Below are positions 54,801-64,000 of a stretch of DNA of 64,000 nucleotides, in pieces. The notes beneath the pieces were generated by a model. That model was not told the DNA's origin. It worked only from the letters and a program-made list of their open reading frames with translations, and did not search any database. How positions within the stretch are numbered: position 1 is the first letter of the stretch; every line of letters starts with the position of its first letter. The DNA comes from Thalia democratica (lineage: Eukaryota): assembly GCA_965202585.1 (NCBI GenBank), contig OZ241833.1, forward strand, positions 41,912,001 to 41,976,000. The letters run 5' to 3'. The position numbers and the translations under genes were made by a program.

Positions 54801-56162
54801 TAAAAGTACAGCTAGATTTGAAGAAGTTAAATTTTAAATGGCGCTACTTTGAAAAAAAAGCTAACTTATCCACAAATCGGGACCAAAATTACAAAACTGG
54901 GTTATAAATATGATAAATTGAGTCTTAAGACTTTATATAACAATGTTTTAATCCATCTAACTCAATATATCAAATGTAAGTCGTTTTAGAAACAAGTTTA
55001 CTTTTTAAAACGTATTGCATTATTTTCTACTACAGCTGAGTCTTTCTTTATTTTGTAGGTATATTATATATATTAATATTTTTATTTATTTTTATTTAAG
55101 ATTGATATTAAACAAAAACTTTACACTTTAATTTAAATTTTTTCTTGAGTTCTTTTTATTTCAACAAGATTTAGTCCTTGATTGTAAAATTTCTTAATTT
55201 TAGGTGGTTTCCCTTTTATTGTTTGCAAGCTAAATTCAGTAAAATTGAGAAACATTTTAGCTTGTACTAAATAACTTAATATTTGTTGATTAAAAATGTA
55301 ATTTTCAATGTACACAATAAATCTAACTTTCTTAAATACATGTTTAGTTTTAAAATTATAACTTAATCTGTTTTACACCAACTGTAACCTTGTATTGTAC
55401 AAAAATCATGTTAAAATGCAAATTACTACTTTTTTTCAAATTTGACAAATAACAAGTCACACTTATCTGTAAACTCTTTAAACAAAAAAAAATACAATGT
55501 TGAAAATAAGTTGTCACTTTTAACAAACAGATTTATTGAAATTTTATTTACATATTCCTTATATAATGCCATGGTTGAGGGATTAGTAGCTTAATACAAC
55601 TTTGTCTTATTCATAATTATTTAAGATGTTTGTACAATTAGTTTCTTTTTAATGCATTTAAAGATTGAAATAAATTTCAATACTCAGTGAACCAAAGTTA
55701 TTGGATTTAATGTGTGTTTTATTGAAGGCTACAAGTAAAAAGACTAATTCCTTAAATATCTGTCTCATCCTACAGCCTTTCAAGCATTAATCTTAAAACT
55801 TTATCAGTACAAACAAAGAAAATCTACCTAAATTTTAAATTATCCTCAGCAAAAAACTATGTTTTACTTTTCTAAAACTGACTAAACCCTACAAATAATT
55901 TATTTAAAGTCTATATATTTTATAATGTTATACACTTCCTAAAATAATCAAAAATATGGATTAATGAAGACTTATGTAATAAATTAAGCTTACTAAGCTA
56001 TCAATGCAATATTATATTCAAGTAAAGTGACAAGTTTTATTTAAAATCATTTAGTTTTAACTTGTTTTTTTTTAAACTCATTGAACAACATTAATACCAG
56101 CTTTTTGGGTATTAAATATGAGACTGTAACATTATATATCTTGTTTCAAAATATAAGTAGAT
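48822..56162. repeat. Same palindrome in unit 2 (arms 48822-52275 and 52467-56162)
   Basis: Near-identical to the unit 1 palindrome apart from small indels. Confidence 0.95.
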
Positions 56163-56368
56163 GTATATTTTATTTAAAATTACTATAGTTTTACTATGCA
56201 TTTAAAAAGTTATTTAATACATTTTTGGTCCTTTTTCTCATATCATGTACACTATTTTATATAACTAGATTTTTATATACATATAGACTATTAAAACAAC
56301 TAAAGTTTATCACAAAAAGTAAAAATATCTACCATCATAAAACTTATAAAACTTCTTCATTTATAGAT

Positions 56369-59300
56369 ATGTGTTTACATATTTCAATGATTTTTACATA
56401 GTTTTAATGCATACTTAATTAAGCTTGTTATAATGTTAGTTTATTGGATTTTGTGGAAATTTTTCATGAATGTTTTAACTCATTTTTAGCGTGTGTGTTT
56501 TGAAAGACATTTAATGAGGTGTTATGTTATAAACAACACAAAATGTTTGAAAATCATTGGTGAGCCGATGAACCTTGTTAAACACAAAAGTGTTGAATTG
56601 CAACGTTAAATATTACTTGTACAGAGTTGCCACGAAACCTGGAATCCTGGAAAAGCCTGGAATTTGACAATTTAGGCTAAAAAAACCTGGAATTTGAGAA
56701 ATTTTGAAAAAAAAATTGGAAAAATCAGAAGTTTTGATCAAAGATCACAAAAAAATATAGGGTTTAAACAGTTTTTGTAAGTTAAGTAGTAAGGTTTTGA
56801 TTTGACACAAAAATCTATCATGTGGACAAAAAATTTTTGTCAACATCAAAAGTTTTTTATAATAAAATACATTTAAATAATTTTACAGTATCTTTTCAAT
56901 TTTATTATACTTTTTAACACAGTTTTCAACCTTTTACTTAACTTTAAACTAAAAATAGATTCAAAAACGTGTATTTTAAAAAACCTAGAAGAAATTCAGA
57001 AAACTTGGAAAAAATTTCTTAATAACCAGTGGTAACCCTGCTTGTAGCTTAGTTTAAACTTAAAAAAATGTAATTTATTAACTGTATTTAAATGTGTGTT
57101 CAATTTAGATAGACCATAATACGCAACAACATATTGAAAATCATAACAGTTTAAAAAAATGTTTTTAGCTATGAGCAAAATTTGCTTCAAGTTCTCTCTG
57201 GTGCTAGTTTACATGCAACCTAATGTGATATTTAAACTAATTTCGTTCGAGATACGTATCATGCATGGGAAAAATGTATACTATCGTTAACAGAAAGTTT
57301 AAATTAATATGTCATCAACTTGAAACATTAAAGTTCGAACTTGCTCGGAACTTTTTTCACGGTCAGAGTTGCCTGAAGGTTGCAGATTTCAACACACCAT
57401 TTAAACTGCAATCAATCAGCCGCGATCAAACAAAATGCGACTGACCGTAAAGTCAACAATTTACATACTAGTTTCTAGCTGGTGGTTTTCTTGTGAAATA
57501 TTTCGAAATAGTTCAGCGGTGTTTTTGTTCGGTCGGGATTAAGACGTTGCTGGTATGAATATCCAAAACCGACTAAGCGTGATTTATGTTTTTTTTTGTT
57601 TGCGTTTTCAATTGAAAAAGCGGTTAAAAACTAGTTCTGCATACAGGGATTTGTAAGTAAGCCGGGCGTTTTTAAAACTAATTCTTAAATTAGTTGAACA
57701 AATTTTTTTTTTTATATTAGATCAAAAAGATTTTGATATTAAAAAAAAAATATTGTGGTAAATAAAACGTTTTGTGAATTATAGTTTTTACGCGTAGAGG
57801 GTAATTTGCTTCCAATTAAAAAAGTTAAAAATTCTTACAGAAACATTTACACTGATATTGCAGTTTTAAAACAGGGCGGATTAGAAAGTTACTCTTTTAA
57901 ATAAATTTGTAAAGAACTATAAATTGAACATGATGTTACTTTGCTTTCAAATTAGAAGAATATGTTTTAATTTACGTAATATTCAAAAAATATAGATCAG
58001 TATTTCTGTATATTAACACAAGTGTTGCAATAATCTTATGCATTTTAAAACGGTTTAAAAAGTTACTGATTTAAGTGCAACTTTTTAAAATTTTATTAAA
58101 CAAACGTGATCACACTTTGTATACAAATGGAAATTTGAGGCGTAATTTAACATTAATTTTTTAATTAGATTAAATTCAAATGCATGTTGCCACAAATTCT
58201 AATACATTCAAATTCAAATCACAACGGATTAAAAAGCATTACTATTGTAAGTGTAACTTTTCAAAAACTAAAAGTTTAATATAAAATGATAAACTTTGCA
58301 TACAAATGATAATTTTGAGGCGTATTATACCATTAATTTTTAGATTTTTTTAATTCAAATACATATTTTGTCAGAACGTATTAAAATGTAACTTTTCAAA
58401 AACTATAGACTAAACTTGATATACTTTGCGTTCAAATGGAAAACGTATTGACCACAAATTTTGCGAATTTTAAAATTCAAAAAAATAGCTTTAAAGACTA
58501 AAAAGTATTACCATTGTAAGTGCAACTTTTATAAAAAATGTGCTAAACCTAGTTATGCTTTTTTTTTTTTAAATTAGCACTAAGTTATTACAAAAACTTC
58601 TTCTTAATATTTTATATGTATTATGTTTGAACAGATTAAAAAGTTTTACTATTGTAAAATGCAAGTTTTCAAAAAACTACAAACTAAACATGATACACTC
58701 AGCATTCAAATGAAAAAACGTATCAACCATTAATTTTCGAAGCGAACATGCAACTTAAAAAGTCACTAGTGTAAGTGCAATATTAGAAAATTTAACTAGA
58801 ACGTGATAACACTCTGCATTCAAATGAAAAACGTACTAAGCATAAATTTTTCAAATCAACGTGACATACACCAAGCGCGTTTTGCGCTCATTTAGCGAGA
58901 ATGTGATTTGCATACTAGTTTTACATATAGCTTCGGGGCGTGAATTGAATAAAGTGAAAAGTATTGATGAGTATCAACACGAATTGTTGAAAGGTCTACC
59001 GGGTTTATTGGCTGGTTGAAACAAATTGTTGAGTTTTTGCTGTAAAATGTTTGATAAATTTATGAATACACGTTGCAATGTTTGGAATGATGTTAAATAT
59101 TTGTATAAGTTAGTTGATTCATTTTTAAAAGTTTGTTGAATTTTTAAAAAAATGAAATTATAGAAGTTAAGTTTATTTATTGAACTGTTAAATTTTGTTT
59201 AAACTGTATATATCAATAAACTAATGTTTCAAAAAATTGCTGACATTAAAACAAATAGAACTGTATATGGAAAAAAAAACTAAATAAATTAAAAATTCTA

Positions 59301-62300
59301 ATGTTATTTTGACAAATTAGTAGAAGTTTTGTTGTAACATGTTGTTTGGTTGAAGTAGTATGTTCAAATAACAATGTTTATTATTGCTTTAATTTGCGAA
59401 ATATTCGAATTAATTATCTCGCTTAGACTATGTCTGACGTAGTTTTAGTATAATGTTGTAAGTCATCATATTTTTTTGATATTTGTTCGTTTTGAAACAA
59501 GCTGTACCAAAGTATTGTTTCCTAAGTTTAAACTTGAACAATTTTTTACTTCACACGTTAAATATAAGTTTAGTACATTTTAAAGATAACTTGTTACTTA
59601 TTTGATTTACTTTCTAAATGGACAATAATTTTTTTGATTTCGTTTATGTATGATTTTGTCTTGTATTTTTAACTTTGATTTCTATAAAGCTTCATAAAAC
59701 TGATTTATAAAATACTTTGAGAGTTCTAAGAAAACCAATTAGTTTTGTTTAAAAAAATTCTCACCAAAAACATTTCAAATTTTTGTTGGTTTGTTAATGC
59801 AAAATAAAAGAAGTAACTACTATGGTTGCTTATGGTTCTTGCTAATGCTGTTTATCATTTTAATCTAAATGTCATCTTTAGTGTTGTTTTTACTTAAAAA
59901 ACATTTTTGTTATTGAAAGTTGTGCACTGTGTACATTGTTTTTAACTATTTAAGTAAAAACACAGCTGTATTTGTTTTTTAATCTAAATATTTGCTGATT
60001 ACTTGTTAAAAGAACTACAAGCAAAAAACAACCCAAGAATTAATTTCACCCTTTGTTAAATTAGAGGTATGACTCATATTTATTGTTAATTTTTTTCAAA
60101 ACATTTAACCTAGTTTTTGTTATTGAAGAACATTTTAATTTCCCTGAAAACAGAATAAATTGTTAAAAACTAACATCAAAGTTTAATACTTCCTTTATAA
60201 TTGTACTTGGATTAAATTCAAATAAGTAGTTTGAAAAGTAGTAAAGAAAATTTAATTTCTCAACATATTTTTTATAGTTAAAAAATAAAAAGTATTTGAA
60301 ATTATACACTAAATAACTTTAAGATAATTTGATTAAACAACTTCTTATGTCCAACAAATAGTTTTATAAATTTAAAAATACGTTAGTATCTTACCCGGTT
60401 TTTACAATAAACAAATATTATTTGACAAGTTTTTGCCACATTTACAACATTTAAAAATTTTTAGCAAATTAATTTTTTGTACAGTTTCCAAAACACTTTT
60501 AATAGAGATTTATTTTCTGAGCAAAGCAAAGGTTTAGTTTAAAACAAAGGTTAAAAGTTACTCTTGATTAGTTGTTTTACAAACAAATGTAAAAAATTCT
60601 AAGTGAGTGAAACAGTCTCATTTTCGTTTCAAATTGGATTAAAAGGTCAAGTTTCAAATGGTTGAAAAATATTTGTGTTCTTTCTTGATTGATACGTATA
60701 AATAACACTGAGAAAATTTAATGTTTTCTTCAATGTTAAATAAGTTACATAAAGAATTAGTTTGGAATTTAGTTTGTTTTAAAAGTTTAAAATTTTCGCA
60801 GATTTACTCCTAAAAATCATTGGTTTTGGTAGTTTGTTTATTAAACGAAGCAAGTTTTATTTTACAGTTATCTTTGCAAAAATTCAGCAAACAGTTTTAG
60901 CGTTAATTGTTAGCAACGTTTTTTCTGTAAATGGAAATTTTTCGACCGTTTGTGTAGACATGAATTATTGAATTCAATCAGAATGCAAAAATTAATAATA
61001 CACGAGTTTAATTTGCATTTAAGTTGAAAATAAAATGCTTTTTATTTTGATAACAATCAGTTTGCATTTAATTTTCCTTTCAACGTTCAAGGTGTAATCA
61101 CCTGACTTCGCAATAATTTTTGGTCGTTAAAAGATTTCTTATAAGCTATGTTGGTTTGTTTGTAGTTTTTGTAGATTATTAACATTTAGTTATGCGGTTA
61201 TATGTAATTAAAAACAAACATTAATTACATTATAGAACTGACTAATTTAATTTACTTATTTTTTAAACCCAGATTAAATTAAATGTTACAATATTAGTAA
61301 ACTCAATAATGTTATTACAAATTAAGTGTTTTTATTAATTTGTATTTTAAGCGTTTATTTAAAAAGTGTCAATAAATATTAAATAAATATATATATTTTT
61401 TTGAAAAACAGGTATGTGGCCGTAAAAATATATTAAGCAAAACTGATTTTTAATTAATAAAAAAAAAACTATACTTTTTATATAATTGTTCTATATACTG
61501 TATTTCAAAGATATACCTTTAAAATACAGGCTTATCAATTAAAATGAAGAAGTTAAGTATAATTTTTTGGTAAACTGTTTTGAAATTTGGTTAGATGTTT
61601 CAAAGATTATAGAAAATCATTATTATCCTACAAATTATATTCATAATTTGAATATTATTTTTAAAATCTGTTCTAATAAAAACACGACCTTGTAATAGGC
61701 ACCATGTTACATAAAAAACCAAATTGGCAAGTTATATGCAAATTAGATACTTAACTGTGCTCGGGTTACATATAACTTCCAATTATTGTTGAGTTCATGG
61801 AAACTCTTAAAGTTTACTGAGAAAAACTTTAAGCCGATTATAAGAGAATATTTGTTTCATGTGGGTTTTTATTTTTTATGAGAAATACAAAGTTTAATCT
61901 GTGAGGAAAATTCCAATAAGTGTCAAGTTTTATAAACTGAGTTTGAACAATTCAGTCTTTTTTAAAGTTTCTTTATATTTTGTTTAAAAAATTTTACATT
62001 TTAACCAAATGAGTTATTTTTATAGTGGTTTATGTTTATGTCATAACTACGTGGTCTCCAGTAACTTACTGACTGCTATACTTACGAGTAGTAAGTAGTA
62101 TGCTAACACTATAAGTTACAAAACTATTTCCTAAGTTATGAATAAAACACACTTTGAACAAATGCAATTTACTTTATTTTCAATAAAAATTCTTAGTTGT
62201 GAAGAAAGAAACTATTAAATCACGACACAAATAAAATCTATAAAAAGTATCAACAATCGTAAAGTTATATAAATACTAACATCAACTCAGCGATGTAGAC

Positions 62301-64000
62301 GTTTTCTTTATTCTCAAAACTTGAATAAAACGTTGAACTCAATCGTAACTTGATTGTAAAGCGGAATAACTAAGCAACTAAATAAGCAACTAACGCGTAT
62401 TTGAAAGACAAACGCAATATATACGGATTGAAATGAAATTAACTCCTTAAAGTAAAAAAATTGTTTGTTTCTGGTACTGGAAGAACGTCACGAAAACTTC
62501 GTAAATCAATTTACAACATCCGCTTTAAAATAAGAAAATGAAATGTTAATATCATTACAACACGATAGAGTTTTAAATTCAAAAAAAAAACAATTTTAAG
62601 GTTGTTAAACTCATATGTTGGTTTAAGCTTAAAGCAAGCCTGGTGATTAATTAATTTAAAAAAAACATTTATTGCACAACTTAATTATTTTTTTCGAAAA
62701 AACATCACCTTGAGCAATTTTTTTGAATACAGTGTGGTTGAGTAGGTTTTACTGGTTTAATAAATTAAAAAAGACTTATTTGTAATTTATTTTTATTTGT
62801 TTAAGTTGTTTTAAATAACTTGGTTGAACTCAAAACTGTTTATTTTTATTCACAATTTAACCATGATAAATACTTAACACCTCAGCAAAATTAAATAACT
62901 TTAGATAAACCAGTTGCAATATTTTAAATAAAATATTTTAATTAGGTGGTTTGAGTCAACAGATTTAATTTCAACAGCATTGAAATTATTAGTTTATCTA
63001 TCAAAGCTATTCTGTTCGATTTATTACTAGCAATTTTTCAATACGCTAACTACAGTTCATTTTTATCACATATTTATCACATCACACTGTCAAAATTTGT
63101 TTTAAATAGTCAAACTCAAACAAATTATTAAGCATCGAAATAGGCACAAGAGGTTCTTATCACACCTATACATAACCTTTGAAGTTTTTATTTTAACTAA
63201 GTAATACATACAAGTTGCAATTATTTTGCTATTAGTTCAAAAAGTGATATCGAACTCAATAAACTAAACTAAATTTAAACTGTTTTGTTATAACGAGATA
63301 TTTTGCAGTGGCTTGCTCTATTATTCTGTAATTAGTCCAAAAAGTTTTCGTCAACTGAAAAAGTTGGTTGAAACAAACAAGGTTTTTTTTTCTTTTTTCA
63401 AAGCACCCAGCGTTTGCATTGAAACACAACCAAATAAAATTGTCTTGAACCTAAACTGGATGAACTCAGAATATTCAATGACCTCTGCTTTTAAACTCAC
63501 ACGTTTGTTTTAACCCTAGAGCAAGTCTGGTAGTTAACTTGAAAAAAAAACATTTATCACACAGTTTTGTGGCTTTTGTTAAAAAAACATTATATTAGGC
63601 AATCACAGACCAAGTGTATGTTCGAGGTTTGATACATTGAAAAATAAAACATTTTATTTTAATTCTCTGTTTTTATGTGTAATTATTACCTCACACTGTC
63701 AAGTTTTGTTTTTATTTTTCTATTTTATCAAACTCAAGCAAATAACTACACCTCAGAATAAGTATGCTCACAAATGGTTCCGTTACACCTCTAAATAGTA
63801 CTAGACATATTTTATTACAAATAACTTACTTGTGTTATATATTCCATCAGCTCAACAAGTTATTGTGAACTCAAACAAGTTATACGAGCCATGAACTCAA
63901 TAAACTCCGTAAACTCTGCTTGGCGATGAACTTAAAAGTTTGGTGAACTCAAACTGGGTAATAAATCATGATTTAACAGCTTGCTAATATCTTCTCTTAA
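56369..64000 (+). repeat. Tandem segmental duplication unit 3 (truncated by window end)
   Basis: Colinear with 5002-12711 and 29981-~37145; position 64000 corresponds to 12711. Confidence 0.95.
56622..57040. mobile_element. Same MITE, unit 3 copy
   Basis: Apparently identical to the unit 2 copy (offset 26,388). Confidence 0.8.

Larger units (their letters stand above)
29981..56368 (+). repeat. Tandem segmental duplication unit 2 (26,388 bp)
   Basis: As unit 1; longer mainly because the 421-bp satellite has 7 rather than 2 copies. Confidence 0.95.

Overview
AT-rich eukaryotic (probably invertebrate metazoan) genomic DNA; the organism cannot be named from sequence alone. The only convincing protein-coding content is the 3' part of a spliced + strand gene encoding a SEFIR-domain adaptor of the ACT1/CIKS (TRAF3IP2) type, with exons at 8-98, 1744-1916, 2099-2296 and 17033-. 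From position 5002 the window is a head-to-tail array of a ~25-26 kb unit (starts 5002, 29981, 56369). Each complete unit carries a copy of the last SEFIR exon (17033, 41522), a G-quadruplex/CTCF-like GC island, several different degenerate tRNA-like Pol III units, a 421-bp tRNA-like satellite (2 vs 7 copies) and a 7.3-kb imperfect palindrome ending ~200 bp before the unit junction. MITEs, a 21-bp minisatellite, STAT-like sites and intronic copies of exon ends are also present. Most ORFs in the supplied track are spurious. All comparisons were made by eye and from recalled family sequences; no alignment or database search was run.
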